This document shows positions 1 to 10,534 of a DNA stretch of 64,000 nt, one piece after another. The position numbers and the translations under genes are program-made. The notes beneath the pieces are model-generated. The model worked only from the letters and a program-made list of their open reading frames with translations, made no database searches and was not told the origin of the DNA. The stretch lies in NCBI GenBank assembly GCA_965202665.1, contig OZ241841.1, positions 416,001 through 480,000 of the forward strand, in the 5' to 3' direction. Source of the stretch: Candidatus Spongiisociaceae bacterium. GTDB lineage: Bacteria > Actinomycetota > Acidimicrobiia > Spongiisociales > Spongiisociaceae. Every line of letters starts with the position of its first letter. Position 1 is the stretch's first letter.

Positions 1-247
1 TGACCAGCACCCCCGCCGTATTCGGCGCCCGCTTCTCCAAAAGGGGGTGGGTTACGTCGCCGGAGGCCCGGCCCACGTTGCGTATCACCTCCGCCATTTT
101 TTCGGCGTAGGGGCGAGCGGCCCGCACCCGCTCCTGGGCTTTCACGATGCGGGAAGCGGCGATCAACTCCATGGCCCGGGTGATCTTTTTGGTCGATTCC
201 ACGCTGCGGATGCGGCGGCGGATGAGGCGCAGTTCGGCGCTGGCCAT
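1..247 (-). CDS. atpG: F0F1 ATP synthase gamma subunit (5' part; runs off window)
   Basis: ATG at 247 reads MASAELRLIRRRIRSVESTKKITRAMELIAASRIVKAQ, a typical gamma N-terminus; directly downstream of atpA. Confidence 0.93.
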   Translation of the reverse strand, partial: MASAELRLIRRRIRSVESTKKITRAMELIAASRIVKAQERVRAARPYAEKMAEVIRNVGRASGDVTHPLLEKRAPNTAGVLV

Positions 248-253
248 CGGGCG

Positions 254-1786
254 TTACTCCCCGGCGGCGAGAGTCTGCTTGAAGGCGGCGATGGCGTCCG
301 CTATTTCATCCCCCTCCGGGAGGGCCCCGGTGCGCCGAATGACATCCAACACATGGCCGCGGCGCAACCGAACGAACTCCCGCAACTCGGCCTCGGTTCG
401 GGAAATGTCCTCCACCGCCACATCGTCCAACAGGCCTTCGGTCACCGCGTAGATGGCCAGCACCTGCTCCTCCACCGGCGCCGGGGCGAACTGGGGCTGT
501 TTGAGGACTTCCACCACCCGCCGCCCCCGCTCCAGCTGGGCCAGGGAAGCGTCGTCCAACTCGGAGCCGAACTCGGCGAAGGCCTCCAGTTCCCGGTACT
601 GGGCCAAGTTGAGCCGCAACGGGCCGGCCACCTTCTTCATCGCCCCGATCTGGGCGTTGCCCCCCACCCGGGAAACTGAAATGCCGGCGTTCATCGCCGG
701 GCGTATGCCGGAGAAAAACAGGTCGGTCTCCAAGAAAATCTGGCCGTCGGTGATGGAAATCACGTTGGTGGGAATGTAGGCGGAAACATCGTTGGCCTTG
801 GTTTCGATCAGGGGCAGGCCGGTGAGCGAACCGCCCCCCAGTTCGTCGGACAGTTTGGCGCACCGTTCCAGCAGGCGGCTGTGCAGATAGAACACGTCCC
901 CCGGATAGGCTTCCCGCCCCGGCGGGCGGCGCAACAGAAGCGAAATCTCCCGATAGGCCACCGCCTGCTTGGACAGATCGTCGAACACCACCAGGGAATG
1001 TCCGCCGTTGTACATCCAGTGCTGGCCGATGGCCGAACCCGCATAGGGGGCGTACATCTGCAAGGAGGGCGTGACGGAGGCCGGGGCGGCCACCACCACC
1101 GTGTACTCCATGGCCCCCGCCTCCTCCAAGGCGGCCACCACCTCCGCCACCGTGGAAGCCTTCTGGCCGATGGCCACGTACACGCATTTCACCTCGTCGG
1201 GGGTGCCCTGGAACTGCTTCTGGTTGATGATGGTGTCCACCACGATGGCCGTTTTGCCGGTTTGCCGGTCGCCGATGATCAGCTGGCGCTGGCCCCGCCC
1301 GATGGGGGTCATGGAATCGATGGCTTTGATGCCGGTCTGCAACGGCTCATGCACCGGCTGGCGCTCCACCACCGACGGGGCCTGGGTTTCCAAAAGCCGC
1401 CGTTCGTCGTGGGGGATGTCGCCTTTGCCGTCCAAAGGCTCGCCCAGCGGGTCCACCACCCGTCCCAGCAACCCGTCCCCCACCGGCACCGACAGCACAT
1501 GGCCGGTCTGCTTCACCGGGTCGCCCTCTTCGATGTGGGAGGCTTCGCCCATCACCACCACCCCCAGGTCGTCCTCGTCCAAGTTGAGGGCCACTCCCAT
1601 CAGCCCGCCGGGGAACTCCAAAAGTTCGGAGGCGGCCGCGTTGGGCAGGCCGGACACCCGGGCCACCCCGTCGGCGATGGCCGTCACGTGCCCCACCGTC
1701 TCCTCCTCCAAACTGGGCGCCCACTCCTCGACGTGACGGCGCAGGGCGGCGGTTATGTCTTGGGTGTCAATCGTCAGTTCTGCCAT
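254..1786 (-). CDS. atpA: F0F1 ATP synthase alpha subunit
   Basis: GDRQTGKT Walker [22 protein letters not shown] motif. Confidence 0.99.
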   Translation of the reverse strand: MAELTIDTQDITAALRRHVEEWAPSLEEETVGHVTAIADGVARVSGLPNAAASELLEFPGGLMGVALNLDEDDLGVVVMGEASHIEEGDPVKQTGHVLSVPVGDGLLGRVVDPLGEPLDGKGDIPHDERRLLETQAPSVVERQPVHEPLQTGIKAIDSMTPIGRGQRQLIIGDRQTGKTAIVVDTIINQKQFQGTPDEVKCVYVAIGQKASTVAEVVAALEEAGAMEYTVVVAAPASVTPSLQMYAPYAGSAIGQHWMYNGGHSLVVFDDLSKQAVAYREISLLLRRPPGREAYPGDVFYLHSRLLERCAKLSDELGGGSLTGLPLIETKANDVSAYIPTNVISITDGQIFLETDLFFSGIRPAMNAGISVSRVGGNAQIGAMKKVAGPLRLNLAQYRELEAFAEFGSELDDASLAQLERGRRVVEVLKQPQFAPAPVEEQVLAIYAVTEGLLDDVAVEDISRTEAELREFVRLRRGHVLDVIRRTGALPEGDEIADAIAAFKQTLAAGE

Positions 1787-1803
1787 TGCGCGTCTCCTGT
1801 TTT

Positions 1804-2337
1804 CTATCCTGCGACCGTTTCCCGGAGTTGCTCCAAGCGGCGCCGCACCGAACCGTCGATCACGGTGTCCCCCACCCGGGCTACCAGGCCGCCCAGCACC
1901 GACTCGTCCACCACCACCCGCACCTCCACTTCGTTGCCCACCCGCTTGGCCAAAGCGGCGGCCAGTTTCTCCACCGTTTCATCGTCCAAGGGGACGGCGC
2001 TGCGCACCTCCGCCACCGACCGGTTGCGGGCCTCGGCGGCCCTGGCCAAAAAGCGATCGGCGATCTGCGGCAGGTCGCCCGACCGCCCCAAACCGACCGC
2101 GAAGCCGACGAAGGCGGTGGTCAGGGGGTGGGCGCGGAGGGCCAGCAGGTCCTCCACCACCGCCTGTTTGCGCTCCATCGGCAACCGCCGATCCGCCAAG
2201 GCTTCGGCCAGCTCCTCGGAGGACTGCAGGGCGCGGGCCACTCGGAAAAGTTCGCCTTCCACCCGCTCCAAGGCCCCCTCCCCTTGGGCGATCTCGAAGA
2301 TGGCGGCCGCGTAGCCTTCGATGCGTGGGTCGGCCAT
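1804..2337 (-). CDS. atpH: ATP synthase delta subunit
   Basis: YAAAIF N-terminus and [18 protein letters not shown]-terminal motif; operon position. Confidence 0.96.
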   Translation of the reverse strand: MADPRIEGYAAAIFEIAQGEGALERVEGELFRVARALQSSEELAEALADRRLPMERKQAVVEDLLALRAHPLTTAFVGFAVGLGRSGDLPQIADRFLARAAEARNRSVAEVRSAVPLDDETVEKLAAALAKRVGNEVEVRVVVDESVLGGLVARVGDTVIDGSVRRRLEQLRETVAG

Positions 2338-2907
2338 TTACCGGTCCGACTCCAGTTCGGCCAGGTATTCGTCCACCAAGCCCTGTTGCGCCTGCCGGTC
2401 CAAGTTGCGGCCCACCACCTTCTCGGCCAAATCGAGGGACAGGTCGGCCACCTCCCGGCGGGCGGCGGACAAAGCGCGCTCCGACTCGGCGACGGCTTCC
2501 TCCCGGGCCCGGCTGACGATCTCCTCGGCCTCCGCCTGCGCCCTTTCCACCGTCTCGGTGCGCACCGCTTCGGCGGCGGAACGGGCCTCCTCTACGATGC
2601 CCGCCGCCTCCGACTGGGCCCCCGCCAACTGCTGGCGGTATTCGTCGGCCAGTTTCCCGGCTTCCAGTTTGGCGTCCTCCGCCTCCTGCAGGCGGGAACG
2701 CTCCGCTTCCTGGCGCTTGGCCAACGTGGCGTTCAAAGTGGGAATCACCCACTTCCACACCACCAGGAAAATAACCGCGAAGGCGATGATCCCGGCCCAC
2801 AGTTCGGAGCTGGCGGGGAGCAACAGATCCAAACCGCTGCTGCTGCTTTCCGCCTCCTCCTCCGCGGCCAGGACGGCCTGGGCCAAAATATGCGGACCCA
2901 TATCCAA
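2338..2907 (-). CDS. atpF: ATP synthase F0 subunit b
   Basis: Single TM helix followed by long charged coiled coil; operon position. Confidence 0.95.
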   Translation of the reverse strand: MDMGPHILAQAVLAAEEEAESSSSGLDLLLPASSELWAGIIAFAVIFLVVWKWVIPTLNATLAKRQEAERSRLQEAEDAKLEAGKLADEYRQQLAGAQSEAAGIVEEARSAAEAVRTETVERAQAEAEEIVSRAREEAVAESERALSAARREVADLSLDLAEKVVGRNLDRQAQQGLVDEYLAELESDR

Positions 2908-2935
2908 ACCTCCTAGTCCTAGTAGACCCGTCGTA

Positions 2936-3256
<321 letters not shown>

Positions 3257-3285
3257 CTAACCGTCGTCCTCCCGCATCCCGGCTT

Positions 3286-4110
3286 TCAGTGGGCCGGTTC
3301 CAGCGAAGTCTGGATGTAAACCGCCGACAGCAGGGTGAAAATGTAGGCCTGCAGCACCGCCACCACGATCTCGAACACGTAGATGGCCAGCCCGAACAGG
3401 AACCACACCACCCCGATCCCGGCTTTGGCCCCGATGTCGCCCACGCTGATGACGAACACCCACCCGGAGGCCAGAAGCAAAGTGAGCATCAGATGTCCGG
3501 CCACCATGTTGGCGAACAGCCGCACCGCCAACGTGATGGGGCGCAACACGAAGATGGACACCAACTCAATCAAGCCAACCAGCCAGCGCAGGGCGATGGG
3601 AACCGATTTGGGCCAGATGGTGTCCAACACGTAATGACCCCCGTTTTTGGCGAAGCCGACCGCCACGAACACCACCCAGGTGATGATGGCCATGAAAGCG
3701 GGCAGGGCCATGCGGGAAGTGATCGGGAAGTTGATGAGCGGGGTGACTTCGAACAGGTTCCCGATGAGGATGAAAATAAAAAGGGACAGCAGGTAGGGCA
3801 GGTATTTGGCCCCATGGGCGGGGCCGATCACCCCTTTGGCCACATCGTCGCGCACGAACCCGATCAGGGACTCCACGATGATCTCGAACTTGGAAGGAAC
3901 CAAACGGCGGCGGCGCAGGCCGAAGAAAAGAAAGGCCAGCGCCCCCAACATGGCTAGAAAAATGAGGAAAACGGTGCGGGTGAAATGGAAGCCGCCGATG
4001 CTGAACAGCGGGTCGGTGAACTCGAACAACTCGTTGACGTTGGCCGGAGCGCAGATCACCTCGCTTCGTACGTCACAGCCTTCCGCCGCCAGGATCATCC
4101 CGTTGTTCAT
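3286..4110 (-). CDS. atpB: ATP synthase F0 subunit a
   Basis: RPITLAVRLFANMVAGH and LQAYIF motifs; start taken at MNNGMILAA (4110), overlapping the upstream gene's stop. Confidence 0.96.
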   Translation of the reverse strand: MNNGMILAAEGCDVRSEVICAPANVNELFEFTDPLFSIGGFHFTRTVFLIFLAMLGALAFLFFGLRRRRLVPSKFEIIVESLIGFVRDDVAKGVIGPAHGAKYLPYLLSLFIFILIGNLFEVTPLINFPITSRMALPAFMAIITWVVFVAVGFAKNGGHYVLDTIWPKSVPIALRWLVGLIELVSIFVLRPITLAVRLFANMVAGHLMLTLLLASGWVFVISVGDIGAKAGIGVVWFLFGLAIYVFEIVVAVLQAYIFTLLSAVYIQTSLEPAH

Positions 4111-4571
4111 CTTGTCCGCTTCTCCTTGCTTTTGGCGGCTTTCGCCCGCCGCCCCGGCCCGCCCGCCCCCGTCTCCCACAGGAGCAGGGCCAGGTAGGCG
4201 ACGACCACGGTCAGCCCCAGCGCGATCCGATCCAAATCGAACAGGGCGGCCAAGACGAACATAGTAACCGTTATCAGGCCCAGCCGTACCAGAAACCCGA
4301 GCAGGGCACCGGCATGGTAGGCACCGAGGGACACTTTCGCCAAACCGGAGAGTATCAGGCCGCCCAGCAGATAATAACCGGTCACCAGCCCGATCCCAAT
4401 TGCGGAGGCGGCCAGCCCCGCCCATCCCCGCACCAGGCCGAAGACGAGGAGCAGAACCGGGCCGACGATCGCCGCCCGGCGCACGATGCTGCGGGCCATC
4501 ATCATTTCCACCGCCGGGCGTCCGGCGATGTATTCCTCCACTTCGGCGCGGGACAGGCCGGGGTCAGGCAT
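4107..4571 (-). CDS. atpI: ATP synthase subunit I-like membrane protein
   Basis: Four TM segments immediately upstream of atpB. Confidence 0.75.
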   Translation of the reverse strand: MPDPGLSRAEVEEYIAGRPAVEMMMARSIVRRAAIVGPVLLLVFGLVRGWAGLAASAIGIGLVTGYYLLGGLILSGLAKVSLGAYHAGALLGFLVRLGLITVTMFVLAALFDLDRIALGLTVVVAYLALLLWETGAGGPGRRAKAAKSKEKRTR

Positions 4572-4935
4572 CGGCGGTTTCCCCGGCTTCGGGGCCGAGG
4601 CGGGGGGCGTGCGGGGCGGAGTCGGGGCGGGAATTTTTGCCGGTGGGGGTGCGTATCAGATCCCACATCCGGTAGAAACCGGCCACCGAACCGACGATGA
4701 CCCCGGTTGCCACCAGCCACGGGTCGGTGTCCAGCCAACGGTCGGCCAGCCAGCCCAGCAAAGTCCCGGCCATGATGGAACCGAAGAAAGAACCGCCCGC
4801 CATCCACCCGTCGGACACGGCCGCCGTCGCCCCCCGGTGCGCCTCCCGCATTTTGCCCGCGGTTTTCCCCGTCCCGGGCGGGGCGCCGTCCGGCGGCGCC
4901 GTCTCAAGACCCATTGGCCATCCCGACAATGACAA
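4564..4935 (-). CDS. AtpZ/AtpI-family small membrane protein (start uncertain, may be 4914 or 4851)
   Basis: GWLADRWLDTDPW motif typical of AtpZ; first gene of the atp operon. Confidence 0.8.
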   Translation of the reverse strand: MSLSGWPMGLETAPPDGAPPGTGKTAGKMREAHRGATAAVSDGWMAGGSFFGSIMAGTLLGWLADRWLDTDPWLVATGVIVGSVAGFYRMWDLIRTPTGKNSRPDSAPHAPRLGPEAGETADA

Positions 4936-5227
4936 TCAGCGTCCAAATGAGGATACCGGGGGCGGCGACGCTGTTCATAACCAAACCGGCGATGGCAAAA
5001 CCCCGTCCCTGGCATACGGCCTGCCCTTCCTCGTCGACCCGGCTTGAGTTGCGCAACCCGAGGGCGGAAGCGACTATTCCGACGACCACGATCGCCACTA
5101 GCGCGGGCGGTAACCAAAAAAGCGGCCAACCGATGGTCCAAATGGCGATCCCCAGGATCATGCCGGTGAGGGCCCATCCGTTGCTTGACTGGCGGGCCGG
5201 GGGAGGTTCGGGCGGGGTGACGGACAT
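4904..5227 (-). CDS. DUF4190-like small membrane protein
   Basis: SNGWAL..GMILGI ... QGRGFAIAGLV pattern; GGAG RBS upstream. Confidence 0.6.
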   Translation of the reverse strand: MSVTPPEPPPARQSSNGWALTGMILGIAIWTIGWPLFWLPPALVAIVVVGIVASALGLRNSSRVDEEGQAVCQGRGFAIAGLVMNSVAAPGILIWTLIVIVGMANGS

Positions 5228-5244
5228 AGGGGGTCTCCTTTCAG

Positions 5245-6516
5245 TTATACATGGCCTGGGAAGTGGGGCGGGTAGGGGGGGAATCGCCGGGCCAAATCCC
5301 GGGCCTCTTCCCCGGCCGCCGCCACTTTACCCTGCTGGGCGCGGCCCCGCAGGGCCTGGGTAATGATACGGGCGATGCGGCGGGACTCGGATTCTTTCAT
5401 CCCGCAGGTGGTGATGCCGGGGGTGCCGATGCGCAGGCCGCTGGTGATGTAGGGGGGACGGGGGTCGTAGGGGATGCCGTTGCGGTTGAGGGTGATGCCG
5501 ATGGAGTCCAGCAAAGTCGCCGCCTCCTTGCCGGTCAGGTCCTGGTCGATGGAGCGCATATCCAACAGCATCAGATGGTTGTCGGTGCCGCCCGACACCA
5601 CCCGCACCCCCTCCTCCATGAAAGCTTCGGCCATGGCGGCGGCGTTGGCGATGATTTGGGCGGCGTAGTTTTGGAATTCGGGGGTGTCGGCTTCGCGGAA
5701 GCACACCGCCTTGCCCGCGATCTGGTTGATCAGGGGACCGCCCTGCATATCCGGGAAAACCCCTTTGTCCAGGCCTTTTCCGAATTCTTCTTTGGCCATG
5801 ATCATTCCGCCGCGGGGGCCGCGCAGTGCCTTGTGGGTGGTGGCGGTGACGATATCGGCCAGCGGGGCGGGGTTGGGCATGGCTTTGCCCGCCACCAACC
5901 CGATGAAATGGGCGGCGTCCACCATGAACAGGGCGCCCGCCTCGTCGGCGATGTCCCGGAAGGCCCGGTAGTCCAGGTGGCGGGAGTAGGCGGAGTAACC
6001 GGCCAGCAGAATTTTGGGACGATGCCGCAAGGCTTTGTCCCGCACCTCGTCCATGTCGATCTGCTCGGTTTGGGGGTCCACCCCGTAGGCGGCGAAGTTG
6101 TAGAGGCGGCCGGAGAAGTTGACCGGGGAGCCGTGGGTGAGGTGGCCGCCTTCGGCCAGGCTGAGGCCGAGCACCGTGTCGCCCGGTTGCAGATGGGCGA
6201 AGTAGACCCCCATGTTGGCCTGGGCCCCCGAGTGGGGCTGGACATTGACGTATTCGGCTTCGAACAGGGCCCGCGCCCGGGCGATGGCCAGGCTTTCCAG
6301 TTGGTCCACCACCTCGCACCCCTCGTAGTAGCGGCGACCCGGATAGCCTTCGGCGTATTTGTTGGTGTAGACCGACCCGCAGGCCTGCATCACCGCCGGG
6401 GAGGCGAAGTTCTCGGAGGCGATCAGGTGGATGTGGGTGTTCTGCCGGTCGACATCGGCCCGGATCAGATCGGCCACCGCCCCATCCACCTGCCCGAGGG
6501 AACGCATATCAGTCAT
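5245..6516 (-). CDS. glyA: Serine hydroxymethyltransferase
   Basis: LIASEN, NKYAEGYPGRRYY, TTHKALRGPRGG PLP-lysine motif. Confidence 0.99.
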   Translation of the reverse strand: MTDMRSLGQVDGAVADLIRADVDRQNTHIHLIASENFASPAVMQACGSVYTNKYAEGYPGRRYYEGCEVVDQLESLAIARARALFEAEYVNVQPHSGAQANMGVYFAHLQPGDTVLGLSLAEGGHLTHGSPVNFSGRLYNFAAYGVDPQTEQIDMDEVRDKALRHRPKILLAGYSAYSRHLDYRAFRDIADEAGALFMVDAAHFIGLVAGKAMPNPAPLADIVTATTHKALRGPRGGMIMAKEEFGKGLDKGVFPDMQGGPLINQIAGKAVCFREADTPEFQNYAAQIIANAAAMAEAFMEEGVRVVSGGTDNHLMLLDMRSIDQDLTGKEAATLLDSIGITLNRNGIPYDPRPPYITSGLRIGTPGITTCGMKESESRRIARIITQALRGRAQQGKVAAAGEEARDLARRFPPYPPHFPGHV

Positions 6517-6727
6517 ATACCCGCCAGACTAGCCGATTTCAAAAGACGGCAAATTCGACCTTCACCGTTTTTGCCGAATAGTTGCTCTCCCGGCTCGAAA
6601 ACTGCAAGCCCGGGAGCGCGCCCATCTCCCACCACATGAGAATCCTACAACGGTTACTACGAACAAGGTCTGCCGTGAATGGGAACGCTATCATCATCAA
6701 CATCGAGAACGACGGACAAGCGCACAG

Positions 6728-7177
6728 TCAAACCAGCCACCCTTCATCGTCGTCTGGTTCTTCATCTTCGTGGTAATCTGACAACATTTCCAACGATACT
6801 GGAAGACTAGGTTGGGGTCGTATGACCTTATACACTACTCGTAATACGAGCCTTGCTGAGATTAACACTAAGGTCAAGGCAAAAAGCGTTGAAACAGTGT
6901 AGTAGATAATGTCTGGAACGGGCAACTGGAGGGGCAAATATATTTCTTCTGCCCAGGGCCAAACTATTTTTGCAATGGTAGGAACGAGAAGACAGAGCAC
7001 CGCTACTTTTACGAATGTAGGCGCCAGCCACAACCCAGGGGTTCTGGGATATCGGAGACGAACCTTGTAATCAACACTACGATAGGCAAGGACCCACACC
7101 CCGGCTAGGATAAATACACCGAACCCACCGAGTCCTAATACCACATCCATAGATAACGTAAAGTAGTCAGAAGTCAT
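6728..7177 (-). CDS. Hypothetical membrane protein (low GC, 3 TM, acidic tail)
   Basis: ORF in AT-richer segment; hydrophobic stretches; ATGA overlap with upstream ORF. Confidence 0.55.
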   Translation of the reverse strand: MTSDYFTLSMDVVLGLGGFGVFILAGVWVLAYRSVDYKVRLRYPRTPGLWLAPTFVKVAVLCLLVPTIAKIVWPWAEEIYLPLQLPVPDIIYYTVSTLFALTLVLISARLVLRVVYKVIRPQPSLPVSLEMLSDYHEDEEPDDDEGWLV

Positions 7178-7650
7178 AAGTGGCGTGTGTCAAAATACTC
7201 GGAAACCCGTCGTTTCAATGGAGGTGGCAAGATCAACAAAACGATACGACGGGAAATATCGCAGACGATATCATGGAGATTACGATATTCCATAATCCAC
7301 TCAATTAGGATTTCGGTCCGACCCGCCCCCGGAGTTCTTTCTACCAGAAAAAGAGAATCCACCCGCTTAGCCGTATAAACACAGTAGCGCACTATATGCG
7401 GATCAGCGCAACTCAGAGCCCCTTCCGTCCATTTCGCATCACCAGGTCGTGTGCCGACTATCAACGCGTCGGGGTCCATCGCTAATCTCTCACGCGGATC
7501 ATCTTGGACACGAAAGGTAAGTCTAGTCTTTGCCAGGAGCAGATCCGGTAGCACCCACTCTATAAGAGGTCGGCCGCCACTCTCTGGGTAAAACACGGTC
7601 CAAGCCCCGGTAACTTTACACAGGAACCGCTGTTTATCAGTCATCATCAT
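7174..7650 (-). CDS. Hypothetical protein (low GC)
   Basis: 158-aa ORF translationally coupled to 6728-7177; no recognisable motif. Confidence 0.5.
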   Translation of the reverse strand: MMMTDKQRFLCKVTGAWTVFYPESGGRPLIEWVLPDLLLAKTRLTFRVQDDPRERLAMDPDALIVGTRPGDAKWTEGALSCADPHIVRYCVYTAKRVDSLFLVERTPGAGRTEILIEWIMEYRNLHDIVCDISRRIVLLILPPPLKRRVSEYFDTRHL

Positions 7651-7735
7651 CTTATTATAACATACTTGTAAACTAATAGTGACACTTCGCCTTGTGAACT
7701 TCCGTCTTCAGGTTGGTGAATGTTGACGTTTTCTT

Positions 7736-8323
7736 TCACCAACCGTGCGCGGGGGGGTACGGGGTGATTTTTGCCGGGCCGGGGCGGAGGGTTTGCGGGG
7801 GGTGGACGGTTAGGTCGGCCACGGTGGAGGGGACGCCGCCCGGGCAACGGCCCGGCAGATAGACTTCTATCCCGTCGCCGAATATGCGGCGGGCGGCGGC
7901 GTGGTCGGCCACCGGCGGCTGGCCGCTGCGGTTGGCGCTGGTTACCGCCAGCGGGCCGTACCCGTCCAGCAACTCCAGGAGCAACGGCTGGTCGGGGATG
8001 CGCACCGCCAGGGTGCCTTGGGAATGGTCGCCCACCAGCGGGGCCAGCGTGACTTTGGAGTTGAGCACCGCCGTCAGCGGGCCCGGCCAGTGCTTTTCCA
8101 GCAGAGGGCGATGCCGGTCCGGTATTTCCACCAGTTGCTCCACTTGGGCGATGGAGGCGGCCAGAACCACCAGCGGCAGATGCTCGCCCCGGCCTTTGAG
8201 GGTGAAAAGCCGGTTCACCGCGCTGGGTGAAGACGGGTCCGCCGCCAACCCGTAGACGGTGTCGGTGGGAACTCCCGCCACCTGCTCTCCGGACAGGGCG
8301 TTCCGGGCGGCTTCCAACGACAT
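7736..8323 (-). CDS. tsaC: L-threonylcarbamoyladenylate synthase (TsaC/YrdC/Sua5 family)
   Basis: PTDTVYGLAAD, KGR, TSANRSG motifs; start MSLEAA coupled to prmC stop. Confidence 0.95.
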   Translation of the reverse strand: MSLEAARNALSGEQVAGVPTDTVYGLAADPSSPSAVNRLFTLKGRGEHLPLVVLAASIAQVEQLVEIPDRHRPLLEKHWPGPLTAVLNSKVTLAPLVGDHSQGTLAVRIPDQPLLLELLDGYGPLAVTSANRSGQPPVADHAAARRIFGDGIEVYLPGRCPGGVPSTVADLTVHPPQTLRPGPAKITPYPPAHGW

Positions 8324-9132
8324 CAGGCCGTCCTCGCCGTCAGAAACCGATCCCGGTCGGTCAGGTCCCGGGAAATCTCCGCCTCCCAACCGCTTGCCCC
8401 GAAAATAGATGTGATTTCCGCCCCTTGCGTTTCCCCTATTTCGGCCATAAGTACCCCGTCCGGGGCCAACCAGGGACCGGCCTCCGCCGCCAGGCGACGG
8501 TAGAACAGCAGGCCATCCTCGCCGCCTACCAGAGCGACCTTCGGTTCAAAGTCGCGCACTTCGGCGGGCAACCCTTCCCACTCGCACTCCGCTATATAGG
8601 GGGGATTGGAGACCATCACATCCACCGCCCCCCGCAAACTGGCATCTAAAGGGGCCAGCAGGTCGCCCAGGAAAAAATCTATTTCCAAACCGAGCCGGCG
8701 GGCGTTGCGCCGGGCCAGGGCCAGCGCGCCGGGATCGATGTCGACGGCGACCACCCGCAGGTCGGGCCGCCGGTGTTTGACCGCCAACGCCAAGCACCCG
8801 CAACCGGTTCCCACATCCGCCACCGTCCCCGCCCCGGAGGGCAGACGGGCCATCACCCGCTCCCACAGCTGTTCGGTCTCCGGCCGGGGAATCAACACCC
8901 GCCGGTCCACATTCACCTCAATCGGCCCAAAAGCGGCCGTCCCCTCCAAATACTGCAACGGCTCCCCCGCCCGCCGCCGGGCCAGTAGCTCCGCCAACCG
9001 CACCCGTTGCCCGTCGTCCAACGCCGCCCCGCCCCCCGCCCAAGCCCGCCCCTCCCCAACAACCGCCCGCAGCAACCGATCCGCTTCATGCCGAAGCAAT
9101 CCGTCATTTCCTAATATTTCAAACATAGCCAT
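8323..9132 (-). CDS. prmC: Release factor glutamine methyltransferase
   Basis: GEPLQYL, VLIPRPETE, DVGTGCG, SNPPY motifs; start at 9132 overlaps the upstream TPR gene stop. Confidence 0.96.
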   Translation of the reverse strand: MAMFEILGNDGLLRHEADRLLRAVVGEGRAWAGGGAALDDGQRVRLAELLARRRAGEPLQYLEGTAAFGPIEVNVDRRVLIPRPETEQLWERVMARLPSGAGTVADVGTGCGCLALAVKHRRPDLRVVAVDIDPGALALARRNARRLGLEIDFFLGDLLAPLDASLRGAVDVMVSNPPYIAECEWEGLPAEVRDFEPKVALVGGEDGLLFYRRLAAEAGPWLAPDGVLMAEIGETQGAEITSIFGASGWEAEISRDLTDRDRFLTARTA

Positions 9133-10199
9133 CAATCGTTTGATACTGGTATCACTCCGTTCCACAGAACGAGACCAGCAACTATGACTATTGCCACGCC
9201 TGTCATTACAACTAATATACCCTTTTTACGCCACCTCTCACCCGGTTGGATAAGTTCCATAAAGGCACCGAACACAACTAGTATCAAACCGGCCATAATT
9301 GTCATCAAGATACCAGCCTCTGCGCTTTGCAAGTTGGAAACCAACTGTACACTGGAAACCACGAAAGCGATCACCGCCGCTAGTAATCCAAGTAGGGTAA
9401 GCGTCTCGCCTCGCATAGCGGCCATCTGCTTCCGAGCTCGCTCCTGTTCCTGTTTCATTTCATCTGCTTGTTGTTCTATTTCCACCGAACGTTGTTGAAG
9501 GCGAACCTTGATCCGAATCTCCTCATAACTGGTCACCCGCCACAATGTGTGCTCATCAAAGATTTCTATCTCAATAGCCTTATCAATATCCTGATAAGAA
9601 TTATTATAATTCCCTTGAAGGGCAAGTATGCGGGCTCGGTTGGCATAATATTTGGCATATTTAGGATCTGTATCTATCGCTTTTTCGATAGAAAGCATCG
9701 CTTGCTCCAATTGCTCCTCCTCCACTTGACCTCTCTCTCCTATTACCGCAACCACTTCTGTATACAGGTTCAGCGCACCCGGAGTATTCGGCAACACCTC
9801 TTTAGCCTCTTTGGCTGATTCCAAAGCCTGTTTTAAGCCACCCGGACTTGACACCTGACTCAAATCATACATACCCTGATATAATGATTTCAGTGATGAA
9901 TCGGCGTCTTGGAATGTACTACGATACTTAACAAACACTTTGCGAAACAGTTGATAATAGCGTCGCCTCCACAAGTAAGCTAGTGAAGAAGCGAGAGCGA
10001 TGACTCTAACCCCCGCTTCCTGTTCCTTGTTGCCCGCGATTTTGTTCAACCTCTCCACAAGGTCAGTCTGCAGGCTTTCGGGATCTATACGATACGGCAG
10101 ACCACGTATCGCAAGATGATACTCGTGGGAGTCTTCCTCATGCTCTTCTACTATCTCAGCAAGTAGTTGCACCAATGTGCTTGCTTCATGTTCGTTCAT
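9132..10199 (-). CDS. TPR-repeat protein with coiled coil and three C-terminal TM helices (low GC)
   Basis: IEKAIDTDPKYAKYYANRARILALQGNYNNSYQDIDKAIEI TPR signature; AGGAG RBS. Confidence 0.75.
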   Translation of the reverse strand: MNEHEASTLVQLLAEIVEEHEEDSHEYHLAIRGLPYRIDPESLQTDLVERLNKIAGNKEQEAGVRVIALASSLAYLWRRRYYQLFRKVFVKYRSTFQDADSSLKSLYQGMYDLSQVSSPGGLKQALESAKEAKEVLPNTPGALNLYTEVVAVIGERGQVEEEQLEQAMLSIEKAIDTDPKYAKYYANRARILALQGNYNNSYQDIDKAIEIEIFDEHTLWRVTSYEEIRIKVRLQQRSVEIEQQADEMKQEQERARKQMAAMRGETLTLLGLLAAVIAFVVSSVQLVSNLQSAEAGILMTIMAGLILVVFGAFMELIQPGERWRKKGILVVMTGVAIVIVAGLVLWNGVIPVSND

Positions 10200-10273
10200 G
10201 GAACACTCCTTTACCGGATTTTAGGAACTAGCCTAACAGAGTACGGGAGTTACTTGTACGCGGGACGCTGGGG

Positions 10274-10534
10274 TTAGAAGTCTTGGATTCCTAGGCGGCG
10301 GCCGGTGGCTGGGACGTCTAGCTGGGTGGCGGGGGGGAGGCCCAGGTCCCGCAGGGCTTCGGCTAGGGATCGCATTACATCCTCTACCTGGTCGGGGTCG
10401 GACACTTCTAGGTCTATGGACGACTCGGTGGCGCCTATCACCGTCCCGGAGCGGCCGGCGGCTCCTTGCACGGCGCTTTCTATCACACCCGGGTCCAGGC
10501 CGGCCTCGGCGGGGAAACGGACGAACACGATCAT
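10274..10534 (-). CDS. Small hypothetical protein
   Basis: ATGA overlap with prfA stop, GGAGG RBS; reads MIVFVRFPAEAGLDPGVIE... Confidence 0.6.
   Translation of the reverse strand: MIVFVRFPAEAGLDPGVIESAVQGAAGRSGTVIGATESSIDLEVSDPDQVEDVMRSLAEALRDLGLPPATQLDVPATGRRLGIQDF

Noticed and set aside
5251-6639. Many long antisense/overlapping ORFs (e.g. opposite glyA, atpA, hydantoinases, rho)
   Set aside because: Expected shadow ORFs in high-GC DNA; no recognisable motifs and fully overlapping well-supported genes
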